Positions 8,997 to 21,936 of a DNA stretch of 64,000 nt are shown one piece after another. The notes below the pieces were generated by a model. That model saw only the letters and a program-made list of their open reading frames with translations, did not search any database and was not told the origin of the DNA. This DNA is from Blepharisma stoltei ATCC 30299 (lineage: Eukaryota; Protista; Ciliophora), in contig CBFDEM010000039.1 of assembly GCA_965603825.1 (NCBI GenBank), positions 372,001 to 436,000 of the forward strand. The letters are read 5' to 3'. Both the position numbers and the translations under genes were made by a program. How positions within the stretch are numbered: position 1 is the stretch's first letter; each line of letters opens with the position of its first letter.

Positions 8997-10019
8997 TTAT
9001 TTAGCCTGCATTACTTCAATTCTGACCTCATTTTCTACTTTTTCATTCCTCAAAAACTGCATAAGTGAAGTCAAAGTGGTTTGCATTATATTTCTCACAG
9101 CTTCGACTGTGAAAAATGCCATATGGGACGAAATGATTACTTTAGGCCAGCTTAAAAGTCTCATTACTGTGTCATCAACAACTCCAGTCGATGAAAGATC
9201 ATGATAAAAAATTGAAGACTCATGCTCATAAACATCCAGGGCGACTCCTGCGAAATGATCTTGCTTTAAGGCTTTCAGCAGTGCCTTGGTATCAATAAGC
9301 CCTCCTCTGCTCACATTGACTAAGAAAGCTCCTTTTTTAATTTTGAAAATATTTTCCTCATTGATTGTATGATAAGTGCTGGGATAGAGTGGCAAAAATA
9401 CACTTAAAACGTCACTTTCAGCAAGAACTTCATCTAATGATTTGTATTCCACGAGTCCTGCCAACTCTGGGTTGTGGTATATATCATATGCAATGATTTT
9501 GCACCCAAACCCATTCATAATCTTGCAAAAAACACTTCCAATGTTCCCTGTGCCCAGAACTCCGACTGTTTTTTGGTATAGGTCAAATCCCAACAGTCCT
9601 TCAATTTCAAAATTGCACTCTCTGGTTCTGTTAAAAGCACGGTGGATTTTTCTGTTAAGTGACATTAGCATCCCGACTGCAAATTCAGCCACTGCATGAG
9701 GAGAATAAGTAGGAACCCTTGCAACAGTAACCCCTAATTCTTCTGCTGTTTCAAGAGAAACCATGTTAAAGCCTGCACACATGCATAAAATTATTCTTAC
9801 TCCAATTGAGTGAAGCTCGCGGACGACAGCTCCAGATGCATCGTCATTGACAAATATTGCAATGGCAACGCAGCCTCGGGCGAGAGAAACAGTTTCAATG
9901 TTGAGGCTTGCTTTAAAATAGTGAGGGATAACTGCTTCACTTAAGTTTAGCTCTTTGATTGCAGCATCCATGCCGTCGTTAACATATTGCTTACCTCCGT
10001 AAACTCCAAGCCTAGCCAT
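8997..10019 (-). CDS. ldhA: NAD-dependent D-lactate dehydrogenase (LdhA-like), tandem paralog without the extension
   Basis: Same motifs (CAGFN, VPTYSPHAVAE, GTGNIG, NVSRG, LDVYEHE, SHMAFFT); colinear with the neighbouring copy. Confidence 0.9.
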   Translation of the reverse strand: MARLGVYGGKQYVNDGMDAAIKELNLSEAVIPHYFKASLNIETVSLARGCVAIAIFVNDDASGAVVRELHSIGVRIILCMCAGFNMVSLETAEELGVTVARVPTYSPHAVAEFAVGMLMSLNRKIHRAFNRTRECNFEIEGLLGFDLYQKTVGVLGTGNIGSVFCKIMNGFGCKIIAYDIYHNPELAGLVEYKSLDEVLAESDVLSVFLPLYPSTYHTINEENIFKIKKGAFLVNVSRGGLIDTKALLKALKQDHFAGVALDVYEHESSIFYHDLSSTGVVDDTVMRLLSWPKVIISSHMAFFTVEAVRNIMQTTLTSLMQFLRNEKVENEVRIEVMQAK

Positions 10020-10368
10020 TTAAAACTAATGACGAATTAAAATGATGCGGTTTTCTCGAAGTTTAAATGATCAATTAAAATTGATTTAAAGACAAAAACA
10101 AAATCTGATGTACCATCTTAATGATATTTATTCTGATTTTTTGGAAAGACCTATAAATAACTATTTGATTTTGATTTACAAAAGCATTTAATTAGTAGAA
10201 AGATTTATAACTGTATTTTAGGAAGTTCACCAAGAAAGATATAAGGATGTATTTGATTAAAGCTAAGCATGTGAAATAAGCCCTATTTTTTATGCTCTTA
10301 AGTTCTTTTTACTGGGCAATTCTCATGCTGCTTAAAATTTTGTGCCATAAATACAAGTCAATATTAAT

Positions 10369-10767
10369 TTAATTAAAGAAAATATTTGTTGCTTTATTGT
10401 AAAGTGATCTCAGGATCCTGTCATTGTTTTCAACTTCGTTTTTTTGAATTAAGAAATCGCTATATATTCTATGATCTTTAATTCGTCTATGCAGTTTTGA
10501 GATAATATCTCTTTGTTTGTCTCTTAGAGGTTTTTGGGCTAGATAAATTTCTCATTGAGAAAACCCTGATTTTTGAGAAAAACTTGAATTCTTGGAAAGT
10601 ATAGGCGTTCCATCTCCGTGAATAGGAACAAGATGATGATTTATTGGGGGAAGTAGCTTTGAAGATTTGTTACTGACATGCATGCTTTTAGATAGGGACT
10701 GGTTTCGGGGTTTAGAGGCTTGACGGCTCACATTCAAACTGTGTGACTGAGAGTGGCTGTTTTTCAT
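10369..10767 (-). CDS. Hypothetical basic protein, ~132 aa; 1 TGA=Trp
   Basis: ATG 10767 to TAA 10369-10371, reading through the TGA at 10552. Confidence 0.6.
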
Positions 10768-10825
10768 ATATATCAATTATTGTTTTGATTATATCAATAA
10801 TATATAGTTATTTTTAAATTATCTA

Positions 10826-13150
10826 TTAAGAAGACAGAACGTAACTATTAAGTTCCTCACCAATTGCCTTGATTTCTTCAAACTGTGAGTTAATTAAATA
10901 CTTTGAGCATCCAATAATCTCAGGCTTAATTTCATCAATGCATTTTCTATCTAAAAGTTTTATTAGGTCCACAATTTCACGATATAGTCTACTCTTATAA
11001 GATTGATCTGAATGAGGCTGAAGCATGATAATCTTTATATTTGGGAAAATTCGTTTTGAAAATCTTGATTCAGTTACAAAAAATTCTGGGTTTTTTTGAG
11101 ATATTAAAGAAAACAGATTTAAAATTGCTAATGATATACCGAAACAATTTGAGTCTGCCAATGATTTCATGCAAAATACAAGTGATGGAAAATATTCATA
11201 AGAAATTTCAGTTAGAGCATTCGGAATTGTAACATTGAGTCCTTCTTCTATAGCGAATGGAGATTTATCTAGTCTATCAATTTCTATTGGAAAATTAGAT
11301 AAGCACGGGACTGAAGATATATAAAAGTTGATTGTTGCCATAATAAGCTTACGATTTTCAAGCTGATTCATTTTAAGAGCTAAAAATAGCTTTAATCTCA
11401 TCAAAATGCTTCTGATAAGATTTGCGTTCTGGATTTTTTCTGAAATCTGGAATTCACGAATGTATGGAACTAGCATTGAAAATAGTTCAATATAGCCGAG
11501 CTTAGTTTTCACATCCATAATTTGATATGATTTATCAAATTTCTGCAGGCACGCAAGCAATGAATCTGTCAGCAAATCGACATTTTGAGAAATTTCAAGA
11601 AGACAAAGCAAGGCTGATTTAATTTGATCAATCCCAAAGATCTTAATTTTCGCGATCATTGATTGCTTCAGACTTGAATACTCCTTTTTAATCATCTCAT
11701 TAATGCTTTCGAAATTTTTCTCTTTTGATATTGTTTCAATTAAATTTAAGCAAGATTCTTTTGTGGATTCTTCATAAGTTAGCATGATGCTATCCAAGAT
11801 GTCAGTAAGCTCCATTTCTTTAGAATGTTTTAGAGTTAATTGCAAAAGCAGACTTCTAATAATAAATTTATTTTCAGTCTCACAACTTTTAATAGTTAAT
11901 TCTTTGAGGATGTAAATTGAGTTTTGTGGCCAGCTGAAGCTTAGGAGATAAGCAATTTTCAGTAAGTCATCAGCTATGCCAAAATCATTATTTTTAGCTA
12001 ATTTTCTTTGCCCCTCACTCTGCTCCTCTATCAGCTGATCAAATATTTCATATTTCACAATGATTGTTAACAGCTTTTCCAGAGACTTATGACAGTTTTC
12101 ATCTCTTTCACAATATTCTATTACATTTTTAAGGCTGAACTCTCTTAAAACCGAAACAGAAAATTTGATAATTTGTTTTATAATACTCACAATTTCATTT
12201 GCTTTTCTTGTAAGAAAATAAGGCAAAGAGTCTCCTAGTAGTTGTAAAGAATAAACTAGAGAATTCATTGATCTTTTTTTCATGCTTATATCAGTGATTA
12301 AAATTAAACTTTTCAGTAATGAATATGATATTGAGTATAAATCGTTTTTATCTATAAGTGATAAAAAAGGAAATACTTCAAGATCAGCTGAAATTAATAT
12401 GTAGCACTTCAAAATTTCTTTGAAATTTAAATCGAGAGTTTCTTTCAAATTTTCAAGGAGAAATTTTAGCAAATCAAGCATTATTTCTTTTGAATAATCG
12501 TAATTTGATGCAACTATAGAAATTAGCTCTTTAGATAAGCTTGATATAAAACCTTTGCATTTTTCTTTGGCAAAAATCGTCCACTCATCATTATTTCTAT
12601 CAGAAATATATTCCAGCACTTTAATTAAGACTTCAATTGTTATCCCAAACGCATATTTTGATGTCCCGAGCCCCTGATTATTAAATCTTTCAACTTCACT
12701 TATCAAGCATTTCATTATTCCAGGATAGCACTTTTTGATTATTTCTTGTTGAGAAATTACTGTAAAAAACGAATTTAGTGTACTCCAAGCTTCTTTTCTT
12801 ACCCGTGAATCACTCTCTTCTGCAAGCTTGATTATCCCGCTTAAAAGAATTGTAACATGCATTTCGCTTTCTTGAGAATTTTCATTTAGCCAAGATGAGT
12901 CGTAATTGGTGAGAAGCACGCTTTCTATTTGCAGGGCTCTTATTAATGTATCAGAGTGTTTTGATTTCTTTTTGAGAAAGCCAAGCTGAATAAAGATTTG
13001 TTTGGAAAAAGATTCAGGTATTGCAAAGTGTAGAGATAATATTTGTTGGATCAGTTGAAGAGATGTCTGCACCTCTTCATCAGACTTGGATTTTAAATTG
13101 TGGATTGCATATAAAAACTCATTGGCCAGCTGCTGAATTTCGGCATCCAT
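10826..13150 (-). CDS. HEAT-repeat helical protein, possibly TTI1 (TTT complex)
   Basis: 774-aa Leu/Ile-rich ORF. YPGIMKCL and C-terminal FF..SRF.K.IFP...KYL...Q resemble TTI1 as recalled; assignment tentative. Confidence 0.6.
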   Translation of the reverse strand: MDAEIQQLANEFLYAIHNLKSKSDEEVQTSLQLIQQILSLHFAIPESFSKQIFIQLGFLKKKSKHSDTLIRALQIESVLLTNYDSSWLNENSQESEMHVTILLSGIIKLAEESDSRVRKEAWSTLNSFFTVISQQEIIKKCYPGIMKCLISEVERFNNQGLGTSKYAFGITIEVLIKVLEYISDRNNDEWTIFAKEKCKGFISSLSKELISIVASNYDYSKEIMLDLLKFLLENLKETLDLNFKEILKCYILISADLEVFPFLSLIDKNDLYSISYSLLKSLILITDISMKKRSMNSLVYSLQLLGDSLPYFLTRKANEIVSIIKQIIKFSVSVLREFSLKNVIEYCERDENCHKSLEKLLTIIVKYEIFDQLIEEQSEGQRKLAKNNDFGIADDLLKIAYLLSFSWPQNSIYILKELTIKSCETENKFIIRSLLLQLTLKHSKEMELTDILDSIMLTYEESTKESCLNLIETISKEKNFESINEMIKKEYSSLKQSMIAKIKIFGIDQIKSALLCLLEISQNVDLLTDSLLACLQKFDKSYQIMDVKTKLGYIELFSMLVPYIREFQISEKIQNANLIRSILMRLKLFLALKMNQLENRKLIMATINFYISSVPCLSNFPIEIDRLDKSPFAIEEGLNVTIPNALTEISYEYFPSLVFCMKSLADSNCFGISLAILNLFSLISQKNPEFFVTESRFSKRIFPNIKIIMLQPHSDQSYKSRLYREIVDLIKLLDRKCIDEIKPEIIGCSKYLINSQFEEIKAIGEELNSYVLSS

Positions 13151-13581
13151 GGAAAATGCTTTATAAATGTTATTACACCAAAATGGAAATGGATAAAGCC
13201 AAATAAAATCGAATTATATTTAATTTTGTTTTGAAACTATTTTTAATGTATTTCTTAGTTATTTGTTGAGATTTAGCAACTGACTTTATAAGGATTTATG
13301 ATCATTTTGAACTTTCAATTCTAATTAGAAAAAATTAGTTTAAGATCTATCTCCATTATTACTTTTTTTTAAAAAATAAAGAAAAATATGTAAATTTTAC
13401 AATTTACTGGAAGATTTTGAATTTTTATATTCTGATAACAAAATTAATGATTAAATCAGTCAATATTATTAGATTTTATATGCTTCTTATGGCTTTTTTA
13501 ATAGTATGCTGTTTCTAGCAAATATTGAATTCCGAATATCCATTTTAAATTCAAATTATGATACCTTTTATATAAATAAGG

Positions 13582-14022
13582 ATGATAGGGCAACAATTCA
13601 GCTGCTACTACACATGGTGCGACAAAAGTTTCAATAGCAAATATAATCTCAAACGACACATTAATGCGACTCATATCGGTATTAAAAAATTCAATTGCGA
13701 TATATGCAATAAAAAGTTAGTAAGCAAGCAAAACCTTACCGAACATATGTATACGCATACAGGGGAGAAGCCGTTTAGTTGCGAAGAGCCAGGGTGTGGA
13801 AAGAGCTATCGACAATCCTCACAATTAAGCGTCCACAAAAAGGTTCATAAAAGAAATCAAAAGAAAGCAGGCTCAAGGAAAGTGAAATCCAAAGAGAGTT
13901 CAGACGATGAAGAGAGAGAGCAGGCTGTTCTAGAAGGTCTTGAGCTTCCTCCAATTGATTTTGAGAGTTATTTGAGACAGCAAGATATTAAATTGCCTAT
14001 TTATCACTCACTGCTAATATAA
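13582..14022 (+). CDS. C2H2 zinc-finger protein (3 fingers)
   Basis: Three C-x2-4-C...H-x3-4-H units with an HTGEKPF linker. Confidence 0.93.
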   Translation: MIGQQFSCYYTWCDKSFNSKYNLKRHINATHIGIKKFNCDICNKKLVSKQNLTEHMYTHTGEKPFSCEEPGCGKSYRQSSQLSVHKKVHKRNQKKAGSRKVKSKESSDDEEREQAVLEGLELPPIDFESYLRQQDIKLPIYHSLLI

Positions 14023-14450
14023 TGCACCATTTTTCCATAAATTTTTCATATTATTACCGTTAAATTGTTCTGATTAGTGCTTTTTTTCCAGTATAAATTT
14101 TGTCTTTTACAATAAAACTCCATATTTGAGGCTAAAAAGAAATAACTTGAATGTAAAAAAAATTCCATCTGCTTATAAAATTATCTTAATAATGACATTA
14201 ATAATTTATTTTTTATAGAAAATCGTCAAAAAGCAAATTATTAAATTAATATATATTAATCAAAATAAACAATTATTATAATATTTTACTCTCAATGAGA
14301 TGCTTCTCGAATTATAAATAAAAGTCATTATTCGTGCATAAAAACAGATATTAAGATAATTAAATTTTACAATTTTTTTTTGAAACTTATGAATTTATTA
14401 AAGCATGATAAAAAATCCCCTTTAAGTTTTCAGCCTTCATCTTTAATTTT

Positions 14451-15728
<1,278 letters not shown>

Positions 15729-15869
15729 TTTTTATGCCAGCTGGTTCAATTTGCAAAAGAATAATGATTAATCTGATCTTTATAATATTAAAATTTGAAT
15801 TCATATTTAATTTAAATATCAATCGCATATCTTAATGGATGCAAGATTCATTAATGATAGTTCATATAA

Positions 15870-17660
15870 ATGTTATTGCACAATTGCAGAAGATCCGCTT
15901 CATCTGAATTCCATCACCTATTCAAGCTCCTAGTTCCAGAAAAGACCCTGCTAATGAAATTTGCATTTTCTTTAACAGTTTCTTCTGGAGTAAGTCTCTG
16001 CTTTCCTCTAGCCTTGGTAAACACTATTTAGCAAGATATATATAACCTATGTGCCGTTCCTACCACATCTCAGCATGAAATTGTCAGAGTTGTAGGAAAA
16101 TGAACCGCTGTCTTTGGAGCTGGTGCATTATCCACCTATATGAGAAGATTGGCCATTGAGGATCTGGTATGGTCTATATAGTCAAATACTGTTGCAATGA
16201 AAATGAGAATTGAATTTTTCGAAGACCTTTTAAGAAAGAAATACCAGGTTTTCGGAGAAAACACAACAGGGGACTTGTCACATCAGCTGAATAGTGATAT
16301 ATGGACAATTGCGTACACAATAACGAATGAATTTTCTTCTGCGATGCGTGGCGTAGCTTTTTTCACTGGCGGGGCAGGATTTTTGTTATATACGTGCCCT
16401 CCGCTTACGATGATTTCTTTGTTTCCGATGATGGCGCTTGCATCGATTTCAAAATATTATGGAAATCTGCTTAGGAGGGAAAGGGAGACTCAAGCTATTT
16501 ATTTAAGGCAGCTGAACTCGTTTGCACAAGAAAGACTTGTTCAGATAAAGACAATTAAGCATTTTACTGCTGAAGGTATTGAGCTTAAGAAATACGCAGA
16601 AAAGCAGACAAAAGTATACAATAAAGCTATTGATGTAGCAAGGTATTCAGCAAAGCACCATGCTCTGATGGAAGCAATGGGCCAAAATGCAGTTCTATGA
16701 TGCTTAGGTTATGGAGCTTATCTGATTTCTACAGGCTCTGGGCTAAGTGTAGGAGCTTTAACAGCTTTTGCAATGTATAGTGTCTATGCTGGGCTAGGAT
16801 TCAGATTATTAGCCTCAGGCTACACTGAATTAAAAAAGGCAGCCGGCGTTTACAATAAAATTCTCGAAACAAAATCTTCTATCGATGACAAAGAAGAAAT
16901 TTTAATTTCCCCAACAATTTTGCCAAAATCCACAGTAGGACGTAATTTTTAAACAGCTTCCATTATCTTCAAAAATGTCTCCTTCACCTATCCAGGAAGA
17001 GAAATTCCAGTGCTGGATAATATTAACCTAGAGATCAAATCTGGAGAAATATGGGGAATAGTAGGGCCAAGTGGCTGCGGAAAGTCAACTTTATTTCATT
17101 TATTAACTCATCTTTATGCGCCGACCTCTGGGCTAATATATATTGATAACGTAGATATCCACACAAAGCCAGCTTGGTGGGCACGACAACAAATTTCTAT
17201 TGTAAGCCAAGAAGCTCCCTTGTTTTCAGGAAGTATCCTAGACAACATAAAATATTCAAATCCAAATGCGACGATGGAAGAAGTTATTGATGCCTGCAAG
17301 AGAGCAGATGCGTATGATTTTATCAATAACTTTGAGGATAAGTTTGATAGTGAAGTAGGAGAAGGAGGCTCTGCTCTTTCTGGAGGACAAAAGCAAAGAG
17401 TGGCAATTGCGAGGGCACTTTTGAAGACACCTCATATGCTTCTTTTAGATGAAGCAACGTCTGGGTTAGATCATCAGTCAGAGAAGACTGTGCAAGGGAT
17501 TCTTGAAAGAGAAGTCAAAAATAGGGGTTTCACAGTATTATTGATTTCTCATAAAATCAGAACGCTGAAAGCTCTGACTGATAGAATAGCAGTACTTCAT
17601 GCAGGTAAGATTATTGCTACGGGGACATTTGATGAGTTAAAAGAAAGTAAACATATTTAG
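15870..17660 (+). CDS. ABCB half-transporter (ABCB10/MDL1-like, probably mitochondrial), ~581 aa; introns 16017-16031, 16167-16181, 16942-16956; 2 TGA=Trp
   Basis: TM domain followed by Walker A GPSGCGKS, signature LSGGQKQR, Walker B LLLDEATS. Three 15-nt introns each carry an in-frame stop. Confidence 0.88.
16017..16031 (+). other. 15-nt spliceosomal intron
   Basis: GTAAACACTATTTAG, phase 0, terminal TAG in frame. Confidence 0.85.
16167..16181 (+). other. 15-nt spliceosomal intron
   Basis: GTATGGTCTATATAG, phase 0, terminal TAG in frame. Confidence 0.85.
16942..16956 (+). other. 15-nt spliceosomal intron
   Basis: GTAATTTTTAAACAG, phase 1, contains in-frame TAA; removal joins the linker to SIIFKNVSFTYPGR. 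Confidence 0.88.
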
Positions 17661-18368
17661 ATATTCTGGTTAGATAATAGATTAATTTGAATGATAAAGG
17701 ATAGTTTTAGTCTAAGAATTTTTATGAATCATTAAGTTACTTGGTAAACTGTTGATTAATAAGAATATTCAATATTTTAAATAATTTCGCTAGTATCTAA
17801 TAAAAATACCAATATACAAATTATATTAAAAAAAGCTTTTCTAATCCTAAATAATTAAAGATAAAATTTTAAAAAAGATATTCTTGATTACAGAAGGATA
17901 CTAGATACATAAAAATGCTATTTGGGGAAGGATTCCGATTAAAACTTAAATTTCCATATTTTAATAATTAATTTTAAAACCATAATTTGCAAAAGCAAAT
18001 AAAGCTCAGAAAATAGCTTATGTCTAAAAAAGTATGCTTTAAATAATTAAGTTAATTGTGCTATCTTACTTCTTATCTTCAAAATTATTACCATAAACTT
18101 GAGCTCTATCATTTACTTGTATGAAACTCAATCCTATAAATCTAGTTTTATGTGCCAGTATACTTTCAAACTTTTATTCTGCTATTATCTATTTTTAAAT
18201 ACTTAAGATAAACAGTTAAATTAGCATCAAATCAAAAAACCGAATAAAAATAAAAAAAGGCTTACGCGTCATATTATCACCAGAAAAATATTTTGAAATA
18301 GATTATTAAAGCAACTCTATAGCTAGATTAACTTATTTTATAAAAATTATAGCATTAAAACAAAAAGA

Positions 18369-19016
18369 ATGAAAATATGCATTTATCTTTTATCTTTTTT
18401 TGCCAATAATAAAAATATGCAAAGTGGAAAGCAATTATTATCCTGCGAATATTTTGATTGCGAATTTTATAAAATGGATTCATTATATTCGCCTTATGCT
18501 TATTCTTTAAACCAGGAAAGTCATCAGGGTACTCGTGTGAAACTGCTGACTATCGAAGATAATTCCCAAGCAAAAAATGAAGTGAGTTATGATAACAAGA
18601 GCTTATCGATCATGATGAATCCACAGTCTTTGAAATCATTTGCAATTATGGTCTCTTCTATCCCTCAAAATATCATCAGCTTATCCATTGTTAATTCTTA
18701 TCTGGGACATAAAATTGTCAGAAACCTTGCTCCATGTTTGAGGCACCTACCAAGTCTGGAATATTTGGACTTGTCAGGAAATTACATTGAGGATAGAGGA
18801 ATGAATTTACTTAGGGAAAGTGGAGATTGTCTAGAAAAATTGGATACATTCATTATTTGTTTGAACCATATTTCTTATAAAGGTGCGCTGCTAGTGGCGG
18901 ACTTTTATATTTTCCGAAATCCTATGCATGCGATTGTAGGAAATTTTAACTTACATGATTGGGAAAAGTATCAAGAAGCTGTTAAAACAATTGATTTAAC
19001 ATGTAAATTCGCTTAA
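18369..19016 (+). CDS. Leucine-rich repeat protein (RI-like); true start may be a later ATG
   Basis: LPSLEYLDLSGNYIEDRGM and flanking LRR-like units. Confidence 0.7.
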   Translation: MKICIYLLSFFANNKNMQSGKQLLSCEYFDCEFYKMDSLYSPYAYSLNQESHQGTRVKLLTIEDNSQAKNEVSYDNKSLSIMMNPQSLKSFAIMVSSIPQNIISLSIVNSYLGHKIVRNLAPCLRHLPSLEYLDLSGNYIEDRGMNLLRESGDCLEKLDTFIICLNHISYKGALLVADFYIFRNPMHAIVGNFNLHDWEKYQEAVKTIDLTCKFA

Positions 19017-19315
19017 TGTCCATATAAATATTACCGAATTATGCAATTAATAATTATCAATATTAAATGATGAATCTTAAAAATATCTGATATGGGAAAA
19101 TAGACTCTTAATTTATTTTAAACATAAGAAAAGGAATACTAAAGTGAATCTTCTGTTTAATCTATATTTTTTAATTTAATATTATAAGAATTTTGAACCA
19201 AAAATTTTTGATGCTATGAAAATATGATTATTGCAATTCTATTCTATTTTAAGTTTACAAATCTATATTAATTAAGCAATTCTATATTTAGAATTGATTT
19301 TTTTGCTTCGATATA

Positions 19316-19858
19316 TTACGCAACACAACGGTGATCAGTCCTTACAACCAAATTTGAAATATTTCTTGTCAAAAGTTTCGAAAAATGACCTGGAAGTGAA
19401 TCTTTATTAATTCTATAGTTTTGGGATAGCCTTTGGAGATTTTTTCTGTACAGTCTTTTATTTTCCTTTTCTAAAGCAGTTTCGCTATTACATCTACAAT
19501 GTGATAGCTTTAAAGGTGATGCTCTCCCCTTATTAGTTTCGTTAATTTCAAAATTAATTTGTAAACTCTTCTTTTGCAAACACTCAATAGGCCTGCATCT
19601 ATCTTCACTTTGCCTGTAAAATTCTGGACTTGAGTATCTCGGCTTGGCTGTATTTGTAATCACTTTAAATGGGTTTGATGATTTCTCTCAATTTTTGGAA
19701 TTGCTGCAATTTCTTTCTGTTATGGATTCAAACGGCCTTGGCAGATCACAATTTCTTTCTGGCGAATTTTTCTTTATTAAGCTTAACTTAATATGAACTC
19801 TTCTCGCTAAATTATAATTACGTTGAATTTTCTTAGTATATCTTGAACTTGTGCTCAT
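19316..19858 (-). CDS. Hypothetical basic protein, ~175-180 aa; 1 TGA=Trp; possible stop-free intron 19807-19821
   Basis: Open frame from ATG 19858 through one TGA into track ORF 19316..19663. Confidence 0.6.
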
Positions 19859-20000
19859 CTTTAATTAACTGTATAATAATTTTAACACCATTAAGGATAG
19901 AAATCTACCCTGAAGAATTATTATTAGTCATTTTTTTAAGAGGTAAGCTTCTCTAATTCGACACATATAATTAAGATAATTTTGAGTTAAGTTTAAGAAA

Positions 20001-21107
20001 CTAAGCACTCAAAGACTTGAATTTGCTACTTTCTAGCACTTTTGGATGTTTAATAGGTGGCAGAGTTTTCAAAAAGTACTCTTCTGCTTTCTTATCGTTG
20101 CTTTTCAGCACTTCTTTTTGGTCTGCCTTTAATCCTACAAGTTCAGCTACAACCTCAGGGGAGAACTTTTCAGCCTTGGCCTTGAATTCATCAACGTATT
20201 TCAAAACTCTTGGCAATAGAGGATCACCTTCATAGCTCATTTTTCCTTGTCTGATTCCTTGTAATGCTGCTTGGAAAGCCTGTTTCTTAATTTCACCTTT
20301 GTCAGCTTCTAAATCTTTTTCCATTTTCACCACAGCTGAGTCTAACATGTCTCGAAGGAGTTTTTCAGCATTATCCTTTTCAAATCTATCTGCTGCCCTC
20401 AAGGCTGCAATAGTTCTTTCATAAGTATGCTTCTTAAGCAGAAGTCTGCTAGTTTGTAAGTGTTTTTCTAACAAAAATGTCTTGGTGCCGATATATTCGT
20501 TGTGGATTCTCATATAATCAGCTTGGCTCACAGATTCTTTCTTCTTCTCGAAAGCTCCGTTTTCTTCGTTTTCCCAGGTAGCAGAGATCATTTGGTTCAT
20601 GTTATATTCCATCCATATATGTTTCCATGGGTTTGGAACAATCATTGCAGTTCCTCTCATGAAATAAATAGCTAGTGTATAAAGCCATATTTCTAAACCG
20701 AACATCATGTTAAAGACAACGAAGCCAAATGCATGGTTTTGGTGAGATCTCATTACAATGCAAAAACCGAGAAAGAGGAAGAAATAGTTGAACCATTTTC
20801 CAAACTCCTCAATGCTATCGAAGTGAGGAGAAACTGGCTCAGGGCCTACAGTCTTTAGGATAATTCTATATAAGTAGTCGCCGTGAATCGAAATTGGGAA
20901 CTCCTCAGTGCAGTAAGGATGCTTGTAAACTCCAGCTTTCGGCAATTTTTCATCATTTTCTTTCAATAGCCAAGCTTTGGATACTTCTTCGGTCTTTTTG
21001 GCTTGCAGTGCTGCCTCAGCTAAGAGAGCCTTTGTGCGTTCTACGAATGGGGCTGTAGTGAATGGTCTAACCAGGTTACGAGTGACAAACCTGCCTGCGT
21101 AAAGCAT
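20001..21107 (-). CDS. Mitochondrial ATP synthase peripheral-stalk subunit b, ciliate type
   Basis: Arg-rich presequence, two TM segments, long helix; YKHPY, GPEPVSPH and GKMSYEGDPLLP match the Tetrahymena subunit b as recalled. Confidence 0.8.
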   Translation of the reverse strand: MLYAGRFVTRNLVRPFTTAPFVERTKALLAEAALQAKKTEEVSKAWLLKENDEKLPKAGVYKHPYCTEEFPISIHGDYLYRIILKTVGPEPVSPHFDSIEEFGKWFNYFFLFLGFCIVMRSHQNHAFGFVVFNMMFGLEIWLYTLAIYFMRGTAMIVPNPWKHIWMEYNMNQMISATWENEENGAFEKKKESVSQADYMRIHNEYIGTKTFLLEKHLQTSRLLLKKHTYERTIAALRAADRFEKDNAEKLLRDMLDSAVVKMEKDLEADKGEIKKQAFQAALQGIRQGKMSYEGDPLLPRVLKYVDEFKAKAEKFSPEVVAELVGLKADQKEVLKSNDKKAEEYFLKTLPPIKHPKVLESSKFKSLSA

Positions 21108-21150
21108 TTTCCCTATTTATTATATGTGGACTGCAATTTAATTATGAAAT

Positions 21151-21876
21151 TTAGTCAATTGAATCTCTTAATAAATATCCTAAAGATGTACATGCTAGAT
21201 TTAGGCTGAGCTCGCATTGGCAGCTTATTAGTTTTCTGTCAATTATTATAAGGTGCTGAGATGGCTCGCTGGAGCAGAAGTTCCCTCCAAGTTCGCGGAT
21301 TTTGTCCTCTATTAAGAAAGGGATCAATGGGAAATATTCGTCGTTTCATTGCTGAATTAGTGGGACACTTGCAATATTGAAACCATCAAAAATTCATTTA
21401 CCTTTAGCATCTTTACTTTCAAAAGCTGCGGCAATTCCATGGCCGATACAAAGCATTCCTTTGCATTCTAGATATACTTCTCGGAGAATTTTCCCTAATT
21501 TGTTTATGAGGGGCTCGCCTTTGAAGTTTGCAATAATCGCAGGAAAACTGGGAATGATGATGGCAGAGTACTCGTTTCCTCGGATTTCATTGAGGTTTGT
21601 TGGGGAATTTAGTCTTTCTAAGTAGCTTCGATAGAAATCAACAGCGTCTTCTGAACTGTCATCATTTATTACTGATGGCTTTTCGCCTTCTAATGTCCCG
21701 ATTTCCCAATCAAAAGCAAAAGTAGTAAGAACTTTGTGTATACTCAGTAAATTTGAAATTTTAATCCCTGATTCAATATTTTCAACCCCTTGTGGCAACT
21801 CTAAGTGGCATGGTAAAGCCAAAATTAATATTGAGCCTTCTGAGTATCTTCTGCTTGGACTCTGTTTCATAGACAT
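21151..21876 (-). CDS. GATD1: DJ-1/PfpI-superfamily protein, GATD1 (PDDC1)-like, ~241 aa; 2 TGA=Trp
   Basis: CIGHGIAA, K(W)IFDGFN, PFLIEDKIRELGGNF, IIIDRKLIS; ends at TAA 21151-21153. Confidence 0.8.
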
Positions 21877-21936
21877 AGAAATTTTATGTATTTCATATTA
21901 ATTGCAATTGAGAAAAGATTAGCCAAAATTTATTAT

